Source of the DNA: Paraspadella gotoi
Taxonomy: Eukaryota; Animalia; Chaetognatha
Reading direction: 5' to 3'
NCBI GenBank assembly: GCA_051294375.1
Contig: CM119264.1
Coordinates: forward strand, 2,497,631 to 2,561,630
Length of the DNA stretch: 64,000 nt
The position numbers and the translations under genes are program-made. Positions 54,414-64,000 of this stretch are shown here, piece after piece; the stretch's first letter is position 1, and each line of letters begins with the position of its first letter. The notes under the pieces were generated by a model that was not told the DNA's origin, did no database searches, and was given only the letters and a program-made list of their open reading frames with translations.

Positions 54414-57400
54414 TCACAAGTTGCACTTTTTGTTTCGGGACGCGAGGTGTAACTTTCCCTCCACGCCAATCATTCCGTGCAGCGCAAGAGCGGTTGGCGC
54501 CGCCGCCATGCTTATGCACACGTGTCGACGCCCATCGGCTTTGAGACGCAGATAATAGGTCTACGACCGAAGAGGTGAAGATGGGCGAAGGAGATGGAAC
54601 CGTCGGGGGTAGAGATGATTTTCGAATGGGCTGTTCGTCTGGAAAAAAGTAGCGAAGATAGGAATGTTTAGGGAAGTAGGGAAAGCGGTTGCCGTTGGAG
54701 GATTATAAAACTAAGGTATGGGAAATAATAATTAATATTCGTGGCGGAAAAAATACGTTTTCTCTCTTCTCTCTCCTGTCTCCGCCCGCTTAGTTTCTTA
54801 TCACGTCAAATTCTTTTTTAACTAAAATAATAAAAATATAGTTAAAGGTTTCCTCAAATATAAATGAAAAATGTAGGGAAAATAAAATAAACTTTGGGAT
54901 TCAAACACATAGTTTAAAATAACAATTTTAATTCGTCGCCCTCTACCCGTTGCCAGATATAAACTACCTGCGAATTTTTTGGCGTTCAAATTTAAGTTTT
55001 TTTTTCCCAGAGAATAAGAACTTTTTCTTGGGTTCCCTTTTTGGGTAGTTTTAAAAATACTTAAATATATTTTTTGCTACAAGGTTTAAAACTATTTTTC
55101 TGATTATTAGAGTTTAGTTGGCAGGAATTTAGAACGACGGACGACGACGACGACGACGACGATGGTCTCCGAGGCAAGAAAAAAAGGCTCTTTAAAAATA
55201 TCCACGAGTTAACGAGGCTGAAATTAGCGAGAATATCGTATTAATTATACCCGTTCTTTTCAATCCGGATGGAATCAACGAATTAACGACTTAATGAAGC
55301 AAAAGCAAACGTCTGGATTTCGAGGTTGACGATTCATGATTAGAATATGAACGGTCGTGAACGATTGAACGGTTCGAAAATTAAAAATTAATTTATAATT
55401 TAAAAACTTAAATAATAACAAAAAATAATCTATAAAATTAATTGTATTAATTTTAAAAACTTATCAATAATAACAAAAATAATCTAAAATAATTAATTTA
55501 TTAATTTAAAAATTAAAATATAACAAAGAAATTAATCTAAAAATAAATTTAATTTAATTTAAAAAATTACAATTAATAACAAAAATAATCTAAATTAATT
55601 TATTAATTTTTTTGCCTTTTTTCATTTCAAGGTCCGTGATATATCGCTTTCCAGATTTATAATATTTTCTCTTTCCCTCTTTGTTTCTTTTCTTCTTTCT
55701 CACTTCTACCCTCCGTCCATGGCGTCAACGCGAGCCTCGCAGCCTTTCTTCGCGACCCGCATGCCGAGCGGCCTTCTTCACCGGACCACGCCCTCTGGGA
55801 ATCAGCGAGACTCCGCAGCCGCGGCACCGCTTGACCCAGACGGCACGAGGTCGAAGGATTCCGCGCCGCCGCTGTATCGACCAACTGGGCGTTGAATGGC
55901 ATGCGAAAAGGCCGGGTGTCGCGCACGGAAGGAAGCGTCTGGGACAGAAGAAGTGAGCGACGCATCTGTCGAGACCCTGAGGGGGGAGACTAGTTGGGGG
56001 AGTTGGTGGGGGGTAAGAAGGAAGAAGGTGAATGGCAATTTGTAATGCCTTATTCAATTACTATTGGCATTATTATACAATCTGATCTATCGTCTATTTA
56101 ATTGATAATATATAACCAAATTAATAAATTCAAACGTCGTCTTACTTATCTTCATTGATATATATTAGTATCTCATCATCATCATCATATAATAAATAAT
56201 AAATAATAAATAATAATAATAATAATAATAATTAATAATAATAATATAATAATAATTCAATAATAATAAACTAAATAAATATCATCATCATCATCATCAC
56301 TTTTCCATTACCTATACCCGCACGTGAGCCACTATCGGCTATCTACTCGTGATCATCACGATGAGTCTCAACAGCCGAGTTTGGGGCATCCCGACCGTTA
56401 ACCGTGGACAGCGACGACCGTCTTCGTTGCCATCGCCTGGAGGAGGAGGACGTGAGGAGGAGGAGAGGAAAGGTGAAAGAGAAGAAGAGAGAAGAGGAAA
56501 AAAAGGCAGGGAGGGGAGAAGGAAAGAGGAGTGAGAAGAGAAGAAGAGCAGGAAGAGAGGGGGAGAAAGAAAAGAGGAGGAGGAGAGAAGAAGCACAGAG
56601 CAGGCAGAGGAGGAGGTGGAGAAGAGGAGGAGGAGGAGGAGAAGGATGAGAAACCTCTTTTAAATCAATTTTCTTAATGTACACAAACGTTTATGAATTT
56701 GACTTTAAAATATTCCAAAAACAAGAATCGAGTCCCAGTTTTATCCTTTTGTCTGAGAAACCGTCCTATCTTCGAGTTTGCTATTGACTTCGCTTATTAA
56801 AACACTTATCTACATGTCATATATTTTCACTTTTCTTTTTTAAAAATTTTTTTTTCTAATCTATGCCGATTTTTTTAAAGATATTATAGCCACCCAATCT
56901 AATTGAATCTGTTAGAAATTCATTTATTGAAAGTCAAAAATCTCAAAGTACCCTGAACAGAAAAAGGGTGCGGGTGATTAATTTCTTATATGGGCATAAA
57001 TGTATGCGCTTATGATTGCGTTACTGTTGAGGAATTAAAAATATTAGAGTATGAATTGTAGTGTATGTCTGATAAAAAATGATATACTGTTGCCTATATG
57101 CCATAACATAATATAAAGCCTTCCCCCTCATCTTTTCCGCTCTGGCACCGATGTCCACAAAGCACTGGACTTCCGCTCTCCCGCGTACGTGTCGCCAGTG
57201 TATGTAGATCCTATAGTCGACACGTGACTGGTTGCGGTCCGTCTATCTCCCACTGGTGCCCTGGGCAGCTTGTCCCCAGGACTATCGCGCAAGTCTGGAC
57301 ATCGTTTGCGAGAGGGACGACGCGACTGGAGAGGACGGTCCAACGGGATCCGGTGCGATTTGAGATAGTTTTTATCTGTGGCTGGAGCGCAGAAAAGTGA

Positions 57401-57868
57401 GGAGGTCGGTTGTGAGGTGAGAAAGGCTAAAGAGGTGATGGAAAGTGAGTTTGTGAGGAAACGCGAAACTGTGACGGGAAATGAAGGATCGAGAATAGGC
57501 CTGTATTAATCTTGATAACTCAGATAAGATAGCCGTGATGCGTAATATTTCACGTCATTGTGCTCATCTTATGTAATTCACTTATTTATCTGCTTGCGGC
57601 TCCTCCTTGGTCGAATCCGTCAGACTCCTGATCAGTCCAATTTAAGCTAATACCCGGTTTTGTTTTTTAATAAATCAAATCCTTAAACTCGAAAAATCAC
57701 AATCCGCTCTTCACTCCGTCAGTCACGACTCACGTGACCACCTCACCCGCCTGTCGGTCCAACTCCACACGGAGACGTCCTTCGATGTCGTGATTTGCTC
57801 TCCGATCGATTGTAGCGCGAATCCGCGTAAAGGTCGAGGAGCGTCAAGACTATCCACGCCGATCTCCA
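54414..57868 (-). pseudogene. Frameshifted copy of the protease/beta-trefoil 3' exons; physically contiguous with the 5' exons
   Basis: Colinear with 35076-38334. Fills the first copy's N gaps and extends the Asp exon to an acceptor near 57870. Confidence 0.65.
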
Positions 57869-58356
57869 CTATAACAATCCACTAAAACATACAATCAATT
57901 CAATGCATTCAATCAATCAATCAAATCAAATCAATCACATACACAATCAAATCAATCAATCCCAATTCAACACCAATAAGGATATTAATTAAACTTATCA
58001 CCCACATAAAATAATATCAATCCAAATAATCTTCGAAACACGGAAGAAAAAAAATCCGAACGTAAGTAAATCAAAACCCGCCCTCACCAAAAATAAATGA
58101 GTAAACCAATCCTCCCTCCATCTCCTCTTCCCCCCTTCCTTCACCCCTCACCCCCTTCCCGCCCCCTCCCCGCTTTTCCTACCTCGCCCCCCCTAAAAAA
58201 AGACAAGAGTTTGTTGCTTTACTATTTCATTTTAAGTAAAAATCAAAGAAATTACTTTTCTTGAATTAAAATCCCGACGACGACGGAGAAAAAAAAAGAT
58301 GCAATCGCAAATATCAAAACCAGAAATGAGGATTTTTAAAAAATGTGTGAAAGAAG

Positions 58357-58998
58357 AAAAACAAGATCGGTTCATCCAATGTGTTGCGCCGCAGTGACTT
58401 TATTTTCACGTGTATTTTACCTTTGATCACATGATATGACATGACATGGCATGACTAAAAAACTTTCTTAGCCCTTGTATTGCACTGCATTAAAATTCCG
58501 TCTTTTATTCCTTATAGTTTTAGGATTTCCTGAAAGCGGCGCAAGCAGTCCCTTAGATTTGAGGTTTTTTCTGTCTTAAAAAATGAGCAACCAACTATAG
58601 CCTAATTATATGCATTTTTAATCTAAGTGGGACAAACCGATGAACAGACATACCGACTAACAGATCAACCGTGTTGTTGTTGTTAGTTGCGCCTCGAGTA
58701 CTCATGGAGCAACTCTATGTTGGTTGGTTGGTCCATCTGTTGGTCGATCCTTCAGTATGTCTGTCCGTCAGTCTGTCCCACTTACGTTACGCTCATTTGT
58801 TAAGAAAAAAAAAACAACACAAATCTAAGGGACTTCTAGCTCCGACTTCAGGAATTCCTAAAACTATAAAGAATAAAGATGCAAAGCATGTCATAAATTG
58901 ACGGCAAAAAAAGTTTTTTAGTCATGTCATGTCATGTCATACCACGTGAAAATAAAGTCACTGCGGCGCAACACATTGGAATAACCGTTCTTGTTTTT
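58357..58998. mobile_element. Two head-to-head copies of a HINE/DINE-1-like non-autonomous element forming a ~640-bp imperfect palindrome
   Basis: The plus copy 58683-58998 starts TTAGTTGCGCC..AGCAACTCTA, has a GGTT/GTCC-type microsatellite and ends ..GCGGCGCAACACATTGGAATAACCGTTCTTGTTTT. 58357-58670 is a diverged, 5'-truncated reverse-complement copy. Confidence 0.65.
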
Positions 58999-59015
58999 TT
59001 TAAATCTTCGTTTAC

Positions 59016-60016
59016 CCTGGACACTTGACGACGATTTTTCCCGCCAAACCTCCATAGTAACTACCCAGCCATGTACAGTGGGCGCTGGTTAACATGATCG
59101 ACCCCGAAATCCCGGGAACCTTAAGTTGAAGAGGATATCAACTACAGTGGTCGACTTTAATTTTCAACGTCGGAGGCTTAGTGGTTTTTTAGCAAACAGT
59201 TGTTCAGATTTAGGACTGAATATTCTGCTGAATTAGTCAAAGAACCTACACTGTAATTCAGTGTCAACGATCACCCTCTGACAACCAATCTACGGTCAAC
59301 TAAAGAACATATTGTAAATGTAATTGTAGCAATCGTAATTTATTTTCCATCGCACGTTGAGAATGAATCCGGTTCCAGTCCAGTATCCGTTAGAGTTTTT
59401 CTGTGCGTAGATCTTGAGGTAACACGTCCACTGGTAGTGCTCGTGATCCGTCTTCAGAACCTCCAACCGCTCGTCGGTGCTGCCGCAAACTGAGCGGTCG
59501 GCGCCGATAAGCTGGAAGGCGAGGATTCGATGGACTGAGTGATTGATTGATTAATTAATTAATTGATTGATTGATTAATTGATTGATTGAATTGATTTGA
59601 TTTGATTTATTTGATTGATTGATTGATTAATTCACAGATTTATCTTTCCAGTGAATGAGTGACTGAGTTCTCGATTGGCGATTGATTGATAAATTTATTG
59701 ACTGATTGGCGATTGATTGATAGTTTTTTAATTTGATTGATCGTTTGATTAACTATCATATTTAATCAATCAAACCTTCGCTGATTCATTCATTCATTCA
59801 TTCATTCATTCATTCATTCATTCATTTACCTTCGAGATGTCTCCCAACCAATGATCTTTATAAGAGTCCGGATCCTCGTCGTGAATTTTCGGTCCAACCA
59901 TCTCTTTGGAATTGTAAAATCGCATGAAGGATCACAACACTTCTCTCTATCTTTCTCTCTCTCTCCTCTCTCTCCTCCTCTCTTCTCTCTCTCTCTCTCT
60001 ATCATCTATCTAATCT

Positions 60017-60058
<42 letters not shown>

Positions 60059-60085
60059 TACTTCTCTCTCTCTCTTCTCTCTTCT

Positions 60086-60124
<39 letters not shown>

Positions 60125-60130
60125 TCTCTT

Positions 60131-60161
<31 letters not shown>

Positions 60162-60165
60162 CCTA

Positions 60166-60239
<74 letters not shown>

Positions 60240-61673
60240 TATCTTTCTTCTCTCCCTTCTCCCTCTCTCTCTCTCTTTCTCTCCTCTCTCCTCTCTTCTT
60301 CCTCCCTCTATCTCTCTTTCTCTCCTCTCCTCTCCTCTCTCTCTCATCTTCTCTCTCCTCTCTCTCTCTCTCTCTCCTCTCTCTTTCTCTCTCTCTCTAT
60401 CTATCTTTCTCTCTCTCTCTCTTCTATCTATCTTCTTCTCTCTCTCTCTCTCTCTCTCTCCTTCTCTCTCTCTCTCTCTCTCTCCCTAATCGGCGTCCCG
60501 CTAATCCTTCTCCTTCTCCCACTCTCTCTCTGTCTCTCTCTTCTCTCTCTCTCTCTCCTCTTTAGGATGGCCGTCTTCAGCACGTGTGATTTTACAATTC
60601 CAAAAGATGTTGGACCGAAATCACACGAGCGATCGGAACTCTTATAAAGATCACTTGTTGGAACATTCTCGAAGAAAGAATGAATGAGATGAATGAATTA
60701 ATGATGAATCACGAAGGTTTGATTGATTAAATTATTGAAGTTATCAAACCGACAATCAAATTAAAAAACTATCAACAATGCCCGTCATTAAATCATCAAT
60801 AAATTATCAATCAATCGCCAATCGAAACCATCACTCATTCTTCCCGNNNNNNNNNNNNNNNNNNNNNNNNNGAGAGAGAAAAAACCCAATCGTGTGAAAC
60901 AAAAGAAAATCTTCTTTTGAGGTCAAAGTTAAAAGAAACAAAGAAAGAAACAAAGAAAACAAATCAGACGAAACAAGAAAAACAAAGCGGAGAAACGAGG
61001 GCTTCGTAACTCGAGGTCGATTTTCTCGAAGAATCGTTGAGGCGAAAAAAGGGATTTGGAGGAAAGAGAGGAAAAAGAAAACAAAAACAAAAACAAAAAC
61101 AATAATAAAAATAACGACAAAAAATTAAAAAAAAAGAAAAAAATCAAATTAAAAAGAAAATGAAAAAAAACAAACCAACAAAATAGATATCATATCATAT
61201 CATATCATATCATATCATATCACATCCTATTGACTGCCGACTACCGACTCCCTGTTACGTTTACCACAAAGAAAAATTCCAAAAAATTGATTTTAAATTA
61301 TACGTCTAATTTGACTGTTGGAAAAATTTATTTATTTACTGTATTCCTAAACAATCATAAAAGATCGAAAAGAATACCAAAGGTCACTGATAATTTTTAT
61401 GAGTTTTACATCCTTAACTTTCTCTCCTTTTTTTTCTCCAGATGCTTTTCCTTCAGAATTCCGATGAGTTTTCACTCGTCCCTCACCATTCAAACTCACG
61501 AAACTGACTCACCCTCTTCATTTCTCACTTCGGCCCCAAAGTTTAACCTTACCTTCTTTCCAATTCTCACCTAATTCTCCGTGCCCGAGTTTCCCCGCAG
61601 CCGGCGCCGCCACCACAGCGGTGGGCAGCGTCGCCGCCGCCGCCGCCGCCACCAACATCAACGTCCAAAACAT
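59016..61673 (-). CDS. 5' exons of the V8-like glutamyl endopeptidase: signal peptide, propeptide, mature N-terminus, catalytic His
   Basis: Exon 61571-61673 MFWTLMLVAAAAAATLPTAVVA (signal); 59830-59903 propeptide; 59356-59534 RSVCGSTDERLEV..YQWTCYLKI..YWTGTGFILN; 59016-59119 VPGISGSIMLTSAHC..IVVKCPG. The join into the 59356-59534 exon is out of frame as assembled (indel or missed exon). Confidence 0.75.
59941..60560. repeat. Long imperfect (CT)n microsatellite
   Basis: ~600 bp of CT repeats. Confidence 0.9.
60575..60846 (+). repeat. Noisy inverted copy of ~59645-59920 ending at an N gap
   Basis: GATTTTACAATTCCAAAAGATGTTGGACCGAAA..CTCTTATAAAGATCA.. is the reverse complement of the propeptide exon and flanking intron, with many indels. 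Confidence 0.8.
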
Positions 61674-61778
61674 TTTTGGCCTCGAATGACAGAAAAAAGA
61701 CACAAATATTTAGATTTAAAAATCTGAAAAAAAAAGAAGATTTTCTTTTTATCGATCGCCGACGTCGATGACGTGAAA

Positions 61779-61882
61779 CTTTTAGTTGCGCCGCGAGTAA
61801 TAGCGAGTAATAGAGAGCAATAGCGAGAGCAGAGTCATTTTCTAGTCGATCAGTCACTATGTCTGTCGGTCACTTACGTTTT
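61779..61882 (+). mobile_element. 5' fragment of the same HINE-like family
   Basis: TTTTAGTTGCGCCGCGAGTA.. and TATGTCTGTCGGTCACTTACGTT match the 5' part of 58683-58790. Confidence 0.45.
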
Positions 61883-62794
61883 GAATGTTTATAACTTATA
61901 ACGAACGTCATTTTAAAAAATATTCCGTAGATGCTCAATGTGCCTAGATGTACTTGTGCAATCACATGGTCGCCAGAAATTAGAACATTTGAGTATAGGT
62001 TATGAATTAACTTATTATTTTATTTAATATTTAACAATTAATTGATCAACCATAAGATGTTTACTGTTAATTACTCAATACGTGAAAGTAGCAATGTCAA
62101 TGCGGACACAACACATTGAAATGTTGGTTTTTTCTTTTCGCTATCTGTGACGTCCGTTTTCGTGAATTTCACAATTTAGATAACAGAGAATTTTTCGTTG
62201 GTGAATGGATTAATAATTTGTGATTGGCTTGTGAACCGTCGCATCTGTTTTCCTCACTCTTTTGACTCTTGACTTCATCTGACTCGATCCTTCACTTCTC
62301 ATGCCCCCCGCCTCGCCGTCGCTTTGATTCCTTGAGGGTCAAAAACCAAGAATTTTGAAAAAAATTTTACAATAAAAATAATGATAAATACATAACATTC
62401 TCAAATACTTGTCACAAAGCTATTTTATAAATTTTAATTAAAAAATAAATGGAAGTTTTAAATTAATTGATAATTAATCAACATTTCAAATCATTCTAAA
62501 CAGAGATTTTGAACTAATTATTGCTAAGGAAGCCAGAGACAAGAGGAAATGGTAGGGACGCAATGAATTGTGAATAAGACGACGACGATGACGATGACGA
62601 CGACGACCGTGACGACGACCGATGATGACGACGACATACAAAGCGAAAAAGATTCCTTTATAAAAATTCAAAAAAATCAGAGGGCTATGTTAAAAAACAT
62701 CGAAAAAAAGACGTACTGACTCGTAAACATTAGGTTTTTGGTTTGATGGGCTACATTCAGCTCATTCACAGTTTGTTAATATATACTCAACGTT

Positions 62795-63852
62795 TTAAAA
62801 AGGAACGCAAATTAATTCGACAATAAGATCTTGGTCGGTCTGTCATTTCCTCCGCAAGGATTCTCCCGTATTTCATCTCCGGTTCCTCGCAAGGCGATCC
62901 AAGATGCTTTCAATGTGGCTCATGTCAGAGTCGGCGGTCGGACGGCTTGTCCAGAAAAATTGCAACCTGAAACCAATTGGGGGGGGGGGGGTTAGGATTA
63001 AACAGAACTAAATACCGAGAGGTAATTCACCAACTCAGAGAAATTATAACATTAAAATTAATAAATAACTGATAGATTATAAATAAAATGAAATAAATAA
63101 TAAAAAATAAATAATCGAAGTCAATCAATCAAGTCAATCATCAAATCAACTAACTATGAATGAATGAATGAATCAAATCAACATCAATCCATCAAGTCAA
63201 TTAGTCATATAAAAATCCATATCATAATCAGCGATCATAAATCCATCAAATCAATAATTAGTCAATCAATCAATCTCATCATTCAATCAATCACAAATCA
63301 AATTAGTACAGATGTCAATCCCACATCAATTAATTAGTCAATCAAATCAATCATAGTTCAATTCATTAATCAAATCAATCAATCGCAATCAATCAAATCA
63401 ATGAATGCAATCAATCACAAGTCAAGTCAATCAACTCAAACTCAAACATACATCCCTAGGTGGTGGCGTTCTCGCACAAACGACGAAGAGTTGGACGCCT
63501 CGTGTCGACGAGACGCACGTGTCTCGAAAGCGGCGACGACAGGTCGGGACTGCTTGTTGAAGACTTTAGCGGAAGCCAAACTCGAGACGTTTGGTAGCTT
63601 TGAGGTTTTTTTGAGGGTGTTAGCCGCAAGCGATGGGTTACGGGACACTCGTGCCCAGTTGGCAACTCACACGCAGTCCTTTTATACCAGGAAGGCATTA
63701 AGGTTAAATCATAATATGATCGGGAAATTACAATAAGAAAAGGTACATTTTTTCTTCTAGCTTCAAATTTTTTTTTCTCGACATACATTTCGCTATCGAT
63801 TGAATATTTGGGCCGAAACCGTTTTTCGCCGCAGGACATTCAGAAACATTAC
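62795..63852 (-). other. Probable 3' exons of an unidentified upstream gene (noisy sequence)
   Basis: GC-rich islands at ~62795-62966, ~63455-63678 and ~63788-63852 bounded by AG/GT-like sites on the minus strand; no consistent recognisable frame. Confidence 0.3.
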
Positions 63853-64000
63853 CTTAATTTCTTTAAAAAGAAATTGTTTAAAAAGAAAAAAATTATTCTC
63901 TCTCTCTCTCTCCTCTCTTCGTCCACTCCTCCTCGTGCGCATCCTCTCTTTCATCCGTCTCGCTCGTCTCTCTCGTCTCATCTCTCTCCTCGCCCTCATG

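Larger units (their letters stand above)
38360..57822 (+). repeat. Direct, indel-rich duplicate of ~19617-38334 (likely uncollapsed noisy long-read contig)
   Basis: Colinear throughout, e.g. AAATATCAAAG.. at ~19619 vs ~38361 and ..TGTAGCGCGAAT at 38334 vs 57822. Differences are mostly 1-2 bp indels in coding and non-coding DNA alike, and the copy is ~0.75 kb longer. Confidence 0.92.

Overview
Intron-rich eukaryotic (invertebrate animal) DNA with GC-rich exons, short AT-rich introns and many (GA/CT)n, (TCTA)n and (GAC)n microsatellites. Four minus-strand genes lie in tandem: an SNX5/6-like sorting nexin (runs off the left edge), a laminin gamma chain, Neurexin IV/Caspr and calnexin. They are followed by a plus-strand angiopoietin-like fibrinogen-domain (FReD) gene and a convergent minus-strand secreted protease. 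The protease is the most unusual feature: a bacterial-type V8/Bacillus-like glutamyl endopeptidase (family S1B) fused to a fascin-like beta-trefoil, yet split by spliceosomal introns, making it a candidate domesticated horizontal transfer. About 38,360-57,822 is an indel-riddled second copy of ~19,617-38,334 starting at an N gap, most likely an assembly artefact from a noisy long read. Very short spacers with apparently unpaired splice acceptors between the tandem genes hint at operon-like, trans-spliced expression. Several small transposon-like elements (MITE, tRNA-derived SINE, HINE-like) sit in introns. All gene models were read by eye and exon edges are approximate.
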